DNA from: Myxococcota bacterium
Lineage (GTDB): Bacteria > Myxococcota_A > UBA9160 > UBA4427
Assembly (NCBI GenBank): GCA_041440805.1
Contig: JASDVF010000048.1
Span: forward strand, 9,298-73,297
Direction of reading: 5' to 3'
DNA: 64,000 bases
In this document: piece by piece, positions 28,814-38,800 of the stretch
How the letters are laid out: each line of letters begins with the position of its first letter
How positions within the stretch are numbered: the stretch's first letter is position 1
The notes under the pieces: generated by a model
What the model was told of the DNA's origin: nothing
The model's database searches: none
What the model saw: only the letters and a program-made list of their open reading frames with translations
Translations under genes and position numbers: made by a program

Positions 28814-30277
28814 TCAGCTCCTTAGTCGGTCGGCGGCTCGCTCGGCGAGAGCGGCGATGACGATATGCGTATTGCTCCGAGTGACCCGGGGAATCGTGGA
28901 TCCGTCGATTACGTAGAGCCCCTCCGTACCGCGCACGCGGAGTTCTAGGTCGAGAGGAGCGTCTTCTTCCTCCCCCATACGGCAGGTCCCGACGCCGTGA
29001 TAGAAGGCGCCGTGATTTTCGGCAATCCAGGTATCGACTTCCGAGTCGCTCCTCGCGCCCGCCGCCTTGAGCGCAGCTGGGTCACCTGAGATTTTCGCGT
29101 GGTCGAGAATCCGCAGCGCTAGGCGGTAGCCCGAGCGAAGTCTTTCCGTGTTTCGCGGATCCGTTGGAAACTTCCAATCGAATTGTCCGCGTTCGTTCGG
29201 ATCGCTGCTGCGCGCGGCGATCGTCGACTCCCCAAACGGCTGCTGCAATGAAATGCTCAGGTTGAGTTGGTACCCGCTCGTTCCGAGGCGCTCGCACCAG
29301 GGGGTGATCTGGAGGTCGTTCTCGAAGGGGGAGTCCGGCGCCGTCGCCCGCGCGAGGACTTGGATCCCCTGACTTCCAGGTCGTCCGACGGGATTCGCGA
29401 TCGGCGTCGAAAGTTGGATGACCATATGGTCGGTCCAGTGAGAGCCTACGCCGGGAAGGTCGACGTGCGGCTCGATGGACTTGGAGCGAAGTGCGCTCGC
29501 GGGGCCGATGCCCGATCGCCAAAGGAGAAGGGGTGTATGCAGCACGCCCGCCGCGACGATGACTCGGTTGGCTACGATCGTGTCTCCGTTCACGAGGCTC
29601 GCTCCGATGGCTCTCTCGCCGTCGAATAGGATCTTTGCAACTTGTGATTCGCCGCGAATTTCCAAGTTAGGACGGCCTAGCGCCGGGAAAAGATGCGTGA
29701 GCGGGGCGGCCAATCGGCGGCTCCCGTCGCGGTTCATTGGGATCGCGCCGACGCCCGTGGTGTTCGGCGCGTTGTGGTCTGCGCAGGAGGCAAGGCCGGC
29801 TGTCGTGCAGGCTTCTACGAAAGATGAATACGTCGGATCCCATTCCGATTCGGGCGCTCGTTGAATCGGAATCGGTCCCGAGTCTCCGTGGTATGAGGCA
29901 TCCCCGAAATCAGCGTCATTTTCGACATGGCAGAACCAGGGAAGCATCTCGTCCCAGCCCCAACCCTTGGGCCAGTTGGCGAGATCAGAAGGCTCGGCAC
30001 GCATAGCGACACCGCCATTGATGCTGGAGGAACCGCCCACGCCTCGGCCGCGTAAATAGGGGAGGGTGCGTCCGTCGCTGGACTGAACTTCCTCTCCCCA
30101 CTCGATAGGCCAAGCGTAGCCACGTCCGAGAAACTCAACCTGTTCCGGAAGTGCTTCGGGGTCGAGCGTCGGGCCCGCTTCGAGCAGAAGCACGCTTTGA
30201 TTGGGATCTTCGGAAAGCCGCGCGGCGAGTACACAGCCGGCGGAGCCAGCACCGATGATCAAAGTGTCCCAGGTCAT
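28814..30277 (-). CDS. GMC-family FAD oxidoreductase (choline dehydrogenase-like)
   Basis: ORF 28814..30319 trimmed to ATG 30277 (AAGGA RBS). LIIGAGSAGCVLAARLSED motif. Ends 7 nt before the P450 start. Confidence 0.85.
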   Translation of the reverse strand: MTWDTLIIGAGSAGCVLAARLSEDPNQSVLLLEAGPTLDPEALPEQVEFLGRGYAWPIEWGEEVQSSDGRTLPYLRGRGVGGSSSINGGVAMRAEPSDLANWPKGWGWDEMLPWFCHVENDADFGDASYHGDSGPIPIQRAPESEWDPTYSSFVEACTTAGLASCADHNAPNTTGVGAIPMNRDGSRRLAAPLTHLFPALGRPNLEIRGESQVAKILFDGERAIGASLVNGDTIVANRVIVAAGVLHTPLLLWRSGIGPASALRSKSIEPHVDLPGVGSHWTDHMVIQLSTPIANPVGRPGSQGIQVLARATAPDSPFENDLQITPWCERLGTSGYQLNLSISLQQPFGESTIAARSSDPNERGQFDWKFPTDPRNTERLRSGYRLALRILDHAKISGDPAALKAAGARSDSEVDTWIAENHGAFYHGVGTCRMGEEEDAPLDLELRVRGTEGLYVIDGSTIPRVTRSNTHIVIAALAERAADRLRS

Positions 30278-30377
30278 GTCACATCCTTCTGAGTATAGGT
30301 TGAGCGCGGCCCCCAGCATAACAAAAACAGGGCGACGCGATCGGCGCGTCTCGTCCGGCGATCGAGCCGTCGGATGG

Positions 30378-30905
30378 CTAGGCGCGTGTCTCTAGGTTGT
30401 CTATGCGACTGCCCAGCCGCTCTCCCATGTACTCGATCAACTCGACTACATATCCGTCGGGGTCGCGGCAGCACACGACGGACTCGACCCCCGTTGCGGG
30501 GTCGGGATCGCGTGGAGCTGCTATGAAGTCGAAACCTTCTTGGGACAACTCCTGATAGGCTGCGCGAAGGTTCTTCGTGCGAAGGGCCATGATGCGAGGG
30601 GCGCGGTCGGGGGACGGCGAGGCATCGGGATTCGTCCATTTGGGTTCGAGCCATTCGATTAGGTCGAGCCGCGTGTGATGTTCGCTTTCACCGAGGGCGA
30701 GGAGTGCGCCGCGGCCTTGAGCTACGCGCATTCCAAAATTCTCACCGACATAGGCGGGCCAGACGACATCGCGGTTGTCGCGCAACACCCGAAAGCCGAG
30801 CCGCGTATAAAACGCGAGGGATCGCTCAAAATTCGTCGCGTTCACGACGAAGTGAAAAAGAGATTCGACGCTCCAGGAACCTGCGGTCTTCGTTTCGTCG
30901 CTCAT
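30378..30905 (-). CDS. VOC (glyoxalase/bleomycin resistance/dioxygenase) family protein
   Basis: 175 aa. Paired beta-alpha-beta-beta-beta modules (FHFVVNATNFERSLAFYTRLGF.., ..RDPDGYVVELIE). Confidence 0.75.
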   Translation of the reverse strand: MSDETKTAGSWSVESLFHFVVNATNFERSLAFYTRLGFRVLRDNRDVVWPAYVGENFGMRVAQGRGALLALGESEHHTRLDLIEWLEPKWTNPDASPSPDRAPRIMALRTKNLRAAYQELSQEGFDFIAAPRDPDPATGVESVVCCRDPDGYVVELIEYMGERLGSRIDNLETRA

Positions 30906-30996
30906 GAAATTTCCTCTTTGGTTGAGTGAATCTTCGCGCGAACGGGACGCGCATGCGAGGCTTCTGCACGTTAGAGTTGGTACAGGAGGCTAGGGC

Positions 30997-32184
30997 ATGA
31001 TCCTCGACATATTTTCCGAGCTCCAGCGTGCGATTCCAAAAGACCAGGTCGGCGACGCCGACTTCGAGGGGCGTGTTCTCCGCGATGCCATAGAGCAAGC
31101 TAAGCTTGCCGATGAGCTGGGCTTCGGCTGTTGGTGGACTGTTGAGCATCACGGAGCTAAGGAGTTTTCGTACAGCTCTTCGCCCGAAATGATGCTCGCC
31201 GTTCTCTCTCAGCACACTGAGCGAATCCATCTCGGCCATTCCGGCGTGCTCGCGCCTTTCGCGATCAATCATCCTATTCGTATTGCAGAGCGAGCGGCCT
31301 TCCTCGATCAGGTGAGCGGAGGGCGTTTGGAGCTTGGCCTAGCACGCTCCGGAGGGACCGAATGGGAAACCTTCGAGGTCGATCCGGATTCCTCTCGCGA
31401 GCAACTTCGCGAAGCGATGCAGATGATTCCGGCGATGTGGACTCAGGACGAATTCGAATGGAATAGTGAGTTCGCCACGATCCCTAAGCGCAATGTTGTG
31501 CCTAAGCCGATTCAATCCCCCCATCCGCCGCTCTGGCAGACGTCGACTTCTCCTGAGTCCTTTTACATGGCGGGATCAATGGGAGTCGGAGTATTAGGCA
31601 CGACCTTAGTTTCTCCCCTTTCGACACTGGCCACCTTGCTTTCGGAATACGATCGCGGGCTCGCGGAGGCCAGCCCGGTCGGCAGTTTCGTGAACGCCCA
31701 GCGATCCGTATTCACCTTCATGCACTGCGCCGAGACTCGGGAGGACGCGATCTCGTCTGGCGCCGCCGAGGCGATTCTTTGGTTCATCAACGCCGCGCCG
31801 GCTGTGTTTCACGTTCCGCGAAACACTTGGATCGATGCGATTCGTGGGGACCTGAAGGACTCCGCTCCTTCGAGCGACACGGCACTCTCCGCTCCGGAGG
31901 TCTACGATGATTTGGATCTCAACGATCCAGTTCCAGTCATCGCCTTGCTGAATCGCCAGTTGGCGGGTGAGCAGCTCGACCCCGTTGAAGTCTTCGAGGT
32001 GATGGAGGCAATCGAGTCGGTGATCATTGGCGATCCTGATGCGTGCGAGAAGAAACTTCGTGGATATGCCGACGTTGGGTGCGACCGCTTGATGTGTTTG
32101 ATGCAGATGGGGGGCGTCTCGCAGGAGTCGGTCCTAAAGAGCATCCGATTGACCGGGGAACTGCTGATCCCGAGGCTTTTGTAG
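30997..32184 (+). CDS. LLM-class flavin-dependent oxidoreductase / monooxygenase
   Basis: 395 aa. ..LADELGFGCWWTVEHH.. and ..RLELGLARSG.. are typical of the luciferase-like family. Confidence 0.85.
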   Translation: MILDIFSELQRAIPKDQVGDADFEGRVLRDAIEQAKLADELGFGCWWTVEHHGAKEFSYSSSPEMMLAVLSQHTERIHLGHSGVLAPFAINHPIRIAERAAFLDQVSGGRLELGLARSGGTEWETFEVDPDSSREQLREAMQMIPAMWTQDEFEWNSEFATIPKRNVVPKPIQSPHPPLWQTSTSPESFYMAGSMGVGVLGTTLVSPLSTLATLLSEYDRGLAEASPVGSFVNAQRSVFTFMHCAETREDAISSGAAEAILWFINAAPAVFHVPRNTWIDAIRGDLKDSAPSSDTALSAPEVYDDLDLNDPVPVIALLNRQLAGEQLDPVEVFEVMEAIESVIIGDPDACEKKLRGYADVGCDRLMCLMQMGGVSQESVLKSIRLTGELLIPRLL

Positions 32185-32248
32185 CGACTCGACTCGCGTT
32201 CAACATGGAAGCATCGCGCAGGCGGCACGCTCGCTATAGTGCGCCGCG

Positions 32249-33067
32249 ATGCCATACGACGTCACCGACTTTGCCACGCTGATGAACCTCGAATCCCACG
32301 GACCCGACGTCTACGTAGGAGTGGGGCCCTCCTATCCTTGGGGTGGGCTCTACGGCGGACAGATCGTCGCACAGGCGCTGCGCGCGGCGTATGAGACGGT
32401 CGAGCCCGATCGACATGTTCATTCCCTGCACGCCTATTTTATTCGCGGTGGCGATTCGAATGAGCCAATTCGTTTCGAGGTGGATCGAATTCGAAATGGG
32501 CGCTCGTTTGTGACTCGCCGGGTGGTGGCGCGTCAATCAAGCGGCCCGATTCTGAATTTGTCTGCATCGTTTCAGGTGCGTGAAGATGCGGTCGATGTCC
32601 AGGAGCGGATGATGACGGAGGATCTACCGTCGCCTGCGGATCTTAAGGCGGAGGATTGGGGGCCGATTTTGCAGAGGCGCCCGATGCAGCCGGGAACGCG
32701 ACCGGCGCGGGCGAAGAGCTGGCTTCGGGTGACGCCGCCCGTGAGCGATGACCCCGTCTTGCAGGCTTGTGCGCTCGCTTATTCGTCTGATGATTATCCC
32801 ACGGAAGCGGCGAGCTACTCGCATCCGAAGCGGCTCAACCCGAGCGACGATCCTGGGGAGTACGACCGCACCTTTGTCGGCGCGAGTCTCGATCACGCGA
32901 TCTGGTTCCATCGTCCCGGTCGCTTCGACGATTGGGTGCTGCATGATTTTCGCGGACATGGTCTGACGGGAGCACGCGGCCTCGCGATCGGCGAAGTCTT
33001 CTCGCAAACGGGAGTCCACCTGGCGACGATTGCTCAGGAGATTCTATTGCGAGAGAAGACGCGCTAG
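32249..33067 (+). CDS. tesB: acyl-CoA thioesterase II
   Basis: 272 aa double hot-dog. ..GGQIVAQALRAA..HSLHAYFIRGGD..PIRFEVDRIRNGRSF.. matches TesB. Confidence 0.8.
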   Translation: MPYDVTDFATLMNLESHGPDVYVGVGPSYPWGGLYGGQIVAQALRAAYETVEPDRHVHSLHAYFIRGGDSNEPIRFEVDRIRNGRSFVTRRVVARQSSGPILNLSASFQVREDAVDVQERMMTEDLPSPADLKAEDWGPILQRRPMQPGTRPARAKSWLRVTPPVSDDPVLQACALAYSSDDYPTEAASYSHPKRLNPSDDPGEYDRTFVGASLDHAIWFHRPGRFDDWVLHDFRGHGLTGARGLAIGEVFSQTGVHLATIAQEILLREKTR

Positions 33068-33158
33068 GCGTCCTTTCTTTTGGATTAGGCGAGGCGGCTC
33101 GTTAGACGACGAATGTAAGGCGGCCGTGAGATCCGCGCAGGTCTGTCGACGGATCGGT

Positions 33159-34538
33159 CTAGTCGAGCGTCTCGACGATTTCGGCGACCACGGATTCGAT
33201 ATCGACACGTTTGCCTCGGTCGAGGCCGAGTCGGACGACGACTAGGTCATGGTCGGGCACGACGAAGATGTACTGCCCCTCGAAGCCCGACGCGATTATG
33301 ATGTTCGTAGGCAATTTGGGCATTCGCGGTTCGCCATTACTCGGGTTCTGCGGCGTCGTGTTGAGCCACCAATGCGCGCCGTAGATCCCCTCGGTATTCG
33401 TCTTTGTGGGCCGTCGTGAATATTCGATCCATTCGCGCGAAAGAAGTCGCGTCCCTGCGGAGTCACCCGTCGCTACGACTCCGTCGTTAAGGAAGAGCAA
33501 TCCGAAGCGGGCCCAATCTCGCGCGGTCGCGAACATGTGGGAGGATCCGACGAAGACGCCGCTTTCATCAGGCTCGAGGACAGCGCTCTCCATATCCAAA
33601 GGACCGAACAAAGCCTCGGCAGGGAATCGAAGGTACGCATCGAGATCGCCCCCGAAGACGCGCTCCAAGAGGGCGTACTGGATGAGATTCGTCGTGCCGC
33701 TCGAATAGCTCCAGTGTATATCGATCTCATGTTCGAGTGGGCGCTCGGCTGCATAACGTCCTTTTGAGTAGCGGTCGCTTCCGAAAAGCATCTTGATCGC
33801 GTCGGAGTTAGGCAGAGAATAATTTTCTGAAAAAGAGAGACCGCTGCTCATCCGAAGAAGATGATCCCATGTCAGTGGATTGCGCGGGTCGTCATTGATT
33901 TGCCATTCGTCGAGAGCGACCTGCGCCGAGATGTCCAGTTTTCCTGCAGTCTGAAGAAGCCCGACCATCGCACTCGTCACGCTCTTCGTCATTGACCAGC
34001 CAGGTAGCGGTGTCGACGCTGAAAAACCTTCCGCATAACGTTCGCCGATGACCTGGCCCCGGTGGACGACGACAAGCGCTCGAGTCTGAGGGTCCGGGCC
34101 TTCCGTGAGCGCGGGGTCGGGAAACGCCAGATCCATGGCTTGAATGAGCGCTTCGGATGAAGCGGTCGTTGGAAGCGCTGCTGTGCGGGGTCGCCGGGGG
34201 AGGGAGCGCCCATCAAGGCGGGACTTTGATGCGCCCGGGCCAACAAGGGTGCAGCCGAGCCCGGGCCGGAAGCGCGCGGTACTCGGGGCGTAGGATCCGG
34301 CGAAGTAGGCCGTGACGCTTCTGTCATCGGTATCGACTTCGAAGGGGATCGGAATCGGTAGGGGGAGGGGCAGGGATGCTTCGGAAAGCGCTTCAGGGGG
34401 CCGGCCCGTCACGAAGACTCCGGAGCATACGCGCTTCGCGACCCAGCCCGTCCCAGCTAAAGGGACGCTTCGCTGGGGGTAGACGAGCGCGAGCAAGACG
34501 ATCGCGAGTACGAGGACGAGAATGCTTCGTTTCTTCAT
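33159..34538 (-). CDS. serine hydrolase (beta-lactamase/esterase family) with signal peptide
   Basis: N-terminal MKKRSILVLVLAIVLLAL. SxxK nucleophile motif SMTKS. Confidence 0.8.
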   Translation of the reverse strand: MKKRSILVLVLAIVLLALVYPQRSVPLAGTGWVAKRVCSGVFVTGRPPEALSEASLPLPLPIPIPFEVDTDDRSVTAYFAGSYAPSTARFRPGLGCTLVGPGASKSRLDGRSLPRRPRTAALPTTASSEALIQAMDLAFPDPALTEGPDPQTRALVVVHRGQVIGERYAEGFSASTPLPGWSMTKSVTSAMVGLLQTAGKLDISAQVALDEWQINDDPRNPLTWDHLLRMSSGLSFSENYSLPNSDAIKMLFGSDRYSKGRYAAERPLEHEIDIHWSYSSGTTNLIQYALLERVFGGDLDAYLRFPAEALFGPLDMESAVLEPDESGVFVGSSHMFATARDWARFGLLFLNDGVVATGDSAGTRLLSREWIEYSRRPTKTNTEGIYGAHWWLNTTPQNPSNGEPRMPKLPTNIIIASGFEGQYIFVVPDHDLVVVRLGLDRGKRVDIESVVAEIVETLD

Positions 34539-34624
34539 GATGTTGCAGAAGCGTAGGGGTGCTGAGTGTTACACCCAAATGACCATGGTCGGACACGGAG
34601 AGCCGGGCTGCTAGCGTCGGTGAG

Positions 34625-35575
34625 ATGCCACTCGCTCCTCATCAGATATCTCTCCGTATGTATCCGCACCCCGGCACGGCACCGGAAATGCTTGCCGGAT
34701 GTGTCGCGCAAGCACGACTGGCTGAAGCCGCGGGCTGGGATGGTGTTATGACGAGTGAACATCACGGTGGCTTCCCGGCCTATCTGCCGAATCCGCTCCA
34801 GGTCGCCGGCTGGCTCTTGGAAGAAACCAACCGGATCTGGGCGGCGCCGTGTCCCTTGCTGCTTCCGCTCTATCACTGGAGTCATGTCGCGGAACAACTG
34901 GCTTGGCTATCCGCACGGTTCCCGGACCGGGTTGGAGCTGGCTTTGCTATTGGGGGGCTCGAACAAGATTTCGAGATGGCGGGTGTCGAATTCTCTGACC
35001 GCCTAGCACGGTTTAATGAATCGCTTCCGAAGATTACTGCAGCGCTGCGTGGTAACGCTGAGGAGCCATTCGTGTTGGATCCAGCACTAGCGGCATGTGC
35101 TTCGCATCCGGTTCCTATGGTGAGTGCCGCACAGAGTCCGGGGGCGGTCCGGCGCGCGGCCCACGTCGGGATCGGCGTTCTATTCGACTCGATGCAGACC
35201 CTTGCCCGGATGCGCGAGCTCACGGATGTATATGCCGAGAGTGGTGGGTCGGGAGCTCGCATCGCGATTCGCAGAGTCTGGCTCGGTCCTCCTCCAGATG
35301 CCGCGGTAGAGGATCAGATGGACTTCTATCGAAGTTATGCGCCCGATTCGGCGCAGCGACATTGGGGCGACGGCCAGGAACTCATCACGGGCGCGACGGG
35401 TGAAGAGGTGGCTGAGCGCTTGTTGAAAGTCGCGCGGGAAGGCGGCGCAAACGCCTTCAACTTGCGCGTACATCTAAAGGATGTGCAGAAGGAGAAGGTC
35501 GAGGAGCAGATTGAGCGAATCGGTCGCGAGGTGATTCCCGTGCTGCGACCGGCGCTCGAGAGTCTCGCGCGTTAG
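34625..35575 (+). CDS. LLM-class flavin-dependent oxidoreductase
   Basis: 316 aa. ..AEAAGWDGVMTSEHHGGF.. LLM pattern. The start could be a few codons downstream. Confidence 0.75.
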   Translation: MPLAPHQISLRMYPHPGTAPEMLAGCVAQARLAEAAGWDGVMTSEHHGGFPAYLPNPLQVAGWLLEETNRIWAAPCPLLLPLYHWSHVAEQLAWLSARFPDRVGAGFAIGGLEQDFEMAGVEFSDRLARFNESLPKITAALRGNAEEPFVLDPALAACASHPVPMVSAAQSPGAVRRAAHVGIGVLFDSMQTLARMRELTDVYAESGGSGARIAIRRVWLGPPPDAAVEDQMDFYRSYAPDSAQRHWGDGQELITGATGEEVAERLLKVAREGGANAFNLRVHLKDVQKEKVEEQIERIGREVIPVLRPALESLAR

Positions 35576-36957
35576 GCGAGTCGCCTTTTGATTTCCGCGG
35601 CCACGAGCCAGAGTCGGTCCTGGCCCCAGACGCAGAGGTCTGGTTCTCCGTCGGAACCGGTGAGGCGATAGCTTGGAACGCCCCAGGCCCCAAGCTCCTC
35701 GTACATCGTCTGCCGATTCGCTTCGAGTTCATCTCGCCACTCTTCCCGGTCCAGGAAGGGCGCGGCCTCCTGCCAGTCTAGGCCTGCCCGCTCGACCACG
35801 AAACGAAGCCCTTCATCGGTTCCCGTACTGCGTCCTTCGGCGAAGGCTGCCGACAAAAATGAGGAGAGGTACTGCGCTCCGCGACCCTGATCGCGAGCGA
35901 AAGGCCATAGCGAGAACCCCCGTAGAACCGGGCTTCCGATCGGGTCGTGCATGTTTCCAAAGGGGGCGCCAATATGCTTCGCTTCGCGAAGTGTGTCGGT
36001 CATAATGTAGATGCCCTTGGCGCCGGGGGCCGGGACGCCGCGCATGACCATGGGCATGACCGGAGAGAGTTCGAGCGGAATGTCGACCGACTCCGCTAGT
36101 CCAACCGTCCGATCAAAAATCATGGCGGTATAGGGCGACCGCAGAGACGGAAACATTTCGAGCCGAAGGCGCGCGTCGTTTTGATTCTCACCCGCATCAA
36201 GCGGCGGACGATCGAATCGAATCGTCTTCTTCTTACCCGCAGAAGATGCGCCAAGCTCGATTAGGCGGCGCTCGAGATGGTGAAGCCGATCGACGCCCCA
36301 GAACCATTCTCCCGCGTAGGAGAACATCGCGCCGGAATAATGCCGTCGTTTCGCACGGGTCCGACTGCCTGACGCAAGCGCTTCGCGGACGGTTGCAGCA
36401 TCTGCACTCGGAACCCGTTCGGAGAGTTTGTCGAGGGCTTCGACATCCCCCGCCCAGAGGGCTCGGCCGGCTTCGAGTCCGACCTCGATGAAGCGCGAAT
36501 CGGAGCGGAGGTCCGTCAATAACGCTTCAACGCGACCGACGAGCTCGGCGTTCGGCCGGTTGGCTCCTTTGGGAAACGAAAGTCCGTAGTGGGGTGCGAC
36601 GAGGGCACAATCACGTCGCGCATACTCAGCGAGCATTTCGGGCTCAGGCGCGAAGAGCTTGTCCGCTTGACCGACAAGATGGAAACGAAAATCGATGTCG
36701 TATCGCTCGCGAAGTTCGGCGACGGCTTGCAGGGCGAGTTCGCTGTACGCGTCGTCGACCTGATGAAAGAAGTTGACGACGTGAGGAGCGCCACGCAATC
36801 GTCGAAGGACTTCGCGCCCCTGCCGGGCAGTATGGAGAGCACCAAAAGCAATCCGCATAACGCGCCGCTGGATACGTCGGCTTCTCTCGGAGCTGTCCTG
36901 AATGCTCGCGAAGCCCGGTTGGGGAGAGTCGTCGCTACGTGTGCTGCCTTCGCTCAT
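35572..36957 (-). CDS. tandem DsbA-like / 2-hydroxychromene-2-carboxylate isomerase-family protein
   Basis: Two thioredoxin-like halves lacking CxxC (..FFHQVDDAYSEL.. and ..FPSLRSPYTAMIF..) with the usual ..WG.P.. C-terminal parts. Confidence 0.7.
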   Translation of the reverse strand: MSEGSTRSDDSPQPGFASIQDSSERSRRIQRRVMRIAFGALHTARQGREVLRRLRGAPHVVNFFHQVDDAYSELALQAVAELRERYDIDFRFHLVGQADKLFAPEPEMLAEYARRDCALVAPHYGLSFPKGANRPNAELVGRVEALLTDLRSDSRFIEVGLEAGRALWAGDVEALDKLSERVPSADAATVREALASGSRTRAKRRHYSGAMFSYAGEWFWGVDRLHHLERRLIELGASSAGKKKTIRFDRPPLDAGENQNDARLRLEMFPSLRSPYTAMIFDRTVGLAESVDIPLELSPVMPMVMRGVPAPGAKGIYIMTDTLREAKHIGAPFGNMHDPIGSPVLRGFSLWPFARDQGRGAQYLSSFLSAAFAEGRSTGTDEGLRFVVERAGLDWQEAAPFLDREEWRDELEANRQTMYEELGAWGVPSYRLTGSDGEPDLCVWGQDRLWLVAAEIKRRLA

Positions 36958-37051
36958 TGCATTCTCCCTTCATTCGGACCTCCGAAATGCGGTATCTGCT
37001 TTCACACGTCGAGTTTGAGCGCTTAGCAGAAGAGCAGTCGGCCGAGTGCGA

Positions 37052-38734
37052 CTATTCCTCGACGAAGGTGTTCTCGCCGAGTCCCTCGAGAACGTGCTTC
37101 ATGACTTTGCCGGTTGCGTTGCGAGGCAAAGGCTCGCCTCGGATTTCGATGATCTCGGGGACTTTGAAATAGGCGAGGCTTTCGGCGCAGAAGTCGCGAA
37201 TCGCCCCCTCTGTGGGCTCGGCGCCTTTGTTCGGCACGATGACCGCCTTGACCTTCTGTCCGAGTTCCCGGTCGTCGACCCCGTGCACCGCGACTTCAGC
37301 GACGTCGGGATGTAGTTCGATGCGGTTCTCGATTTCTGCGGGATAAATGTTTTCGCCGCCGCGGATGATCATGTCGCGCATGCGAGATTCGATGTGGAGC
37401 CGGCCTTCTATGAGTTGCCCTAGATCGCCCGTATCGACCCATCTTCCGGGAAGGAAATTTTCGGCGTTGGCCTTCGGGTTATTCAGGTACTCGAGCATGA
37501 TGAGAGGGCTGCGAACACACACTCGGCCGGGCGTACCCTCGCCTAGGTCACTCCCCGCTTCATCCACAATCTTAATCTGCACCGTAGGCAGCGGCGGCCC
37601 TACGCAGTTTTCTGCGTCCCGGAGCATGGCGTTAGGTGCGTAACTGACGAGGCCGCCAGTTTCGCTCGAGCCATAGCCCGAGCCTACAGAGCCCCCGAGG
37701 TGTGGGAATTTTTCCGCGATCGTGCGCAGGAGTTCGGGCGTAGAAGCGGAACCGCCGACGCCGACATTTGCGAAGCTGCTCGTGTCGATCTTCTTCATGT
37801 CCGGATGGTCGAGGAGTCGGAATACGTGAGTCGTTGCGCCGCTCCAGGCCGTGATGCCTTCGTCGACGGAAAGCTGAATGATCTTCGCGGGATCGAAGCG
37901 GCCCATGGGCCAAACCGTCTTTGCACCGGCTGCGAGCATAGACGTGGTGCTGCCCATCGAACCCGAGAGATGGAAGAGCGGGAAGGGTGCGAGCGTTGCG
38001 CCTTGCTTTCCTGATGCCGGTTCAGACATTGCACGTCGCGCGCCAATGAAGAACGTGGACATAGTGAAGGCGACCAGGGTTCGGTGGCTAACGAGTGCGC
38101 CCTTGGGACGTCCAGTAGTGCCGGACGTGAAGAGCAGCAGGCACGGATCGTCCTCGTCGATCGGTGTGTCAGGGAGATCGCAGCCGGGGGAGTGGGCGAT
38201 GAGTTCGTCGAAGTCCGTTTCGAAGGTGACGATCTTAGCCCCTATTTCGCCGTCTAGTTCGGCGAGGCGCTCAGCGCGGCGCTGGTCGACTAACAGGAGT
38301 TTCGGATTCGAGAGGTCGAGCCCGTAGCGAATTTCGTCGCCGGCCCACCAGCCGTTCATCGAAATCACAACTGCGCCGAGGGATACAGCGGCCCAATAGC
38401 TCAGGATCCACTCAGGCGTATTGGCTGCGAGGATTGCGACGTGATCACCCTTCTGAATGTCGTAGCGCTCGCGGAAGGCGGCTGCGACGGAAGCGACGTC
38501 GGCGAGATGCTTCGCATAACTCCATCGACGGCCATCGGAGAAGACGATGTAGTCGTTGTCGCCATGGACCGCCGACTCTTCAAGGAGTTGGCGTAGGGAC
38601 CGGGCGCGATTCTTGTAAACCGACATCGTTTCGCCGAGGACGGCCTCTTCCGTGATCTCAAAGGGACTGCCTGGGGAAAGTAGGCGAGCGGTCGCATCTT
38701 CGAAGGAGAGCAGAGTGGGGGCGTCAGCGGACAT
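37052..38734 (-). CDS. acyl-CoA synthetase (class I adenylate-forming enzyme)
   Basis: AMP-binding motif LLFTSGTTGRPKGA. ..TGDLG.. and the C-terminal ..LPRNATGKV.. lysine motif. Confidence 0.9.
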   Translation of the reverse strand: MSADAPTLLSFEDATARLLSPGSPFEITEEAVLGETMSVYKNRARSLRQLLEESAVHGDNDYIVFSDGRRWSYAKHLADVASVAAAFRERYDIQKGDHVAILAANTPEWILSYWAAVSLGAVVISMNGWWAGDEIRYGLDLSNPKLLLVDQRRAERLAELDGEIGAKIVTFETDFDELIAHSPGCDLPDTPIDEDDPCLLLFTSGTTGRPKGALVSHRTLVAFTMSTFFIGARRAMSEPASGKQGATLAPFPLFHLSGSMGSTTSMLAAGAKTVWPMGRFDPAKIIQLSVDEGITAWSGATTHVFRLLDHPDMKKIDTSSFANVGVGGSASTPELLRTIAEKFPHLGGSVGSGYGSSETGGLVSYAPNAMLRDAENCVGPPLPTVQIKIVDEAGSDLGEGTPGRVCVRSPLIMLEYLNNPKANAENFLPGRWVDTGDLGQLIEGRLHIESRMRDMIIRGGENIYPAEIENRIELHPDVAEVAVHGVDDRELGQKVKAVIVPNKGAEPTEGAIRDFCAESLAYFKVPEIIEIRGEPLPRNATGKVMKHVLEGLGENTFVEE

Positions 38735-38771
38735 GAAACACGGGCTCCTAGATAGGCATGAATGATCCAGC

Positions 38772-38796
38772 GAGGCGGGTCGCCTCCCCGGGGAGG
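38772..38796 (-). other. two mutually exclusive hairpins in the P450 / CoA-ligase intercistronic spacer
   Basis: gaggcg-ggt-cgcctc (38772-38786) and the 14-bp perfect palindrome cctccccggggagg (38783-38796) share 4 nt. Confidence 0.4.
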
Positions 38797-38800
38797 AAGT

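Noticed and set aside
30378-30905. VOC protein as the missing HsaC-type extradiol dioxygenase
   Set aside because: At 175 aa it is about half the size of two-domain extradiol dioxygenases, and no metal-ligand pattern was confidently identified.
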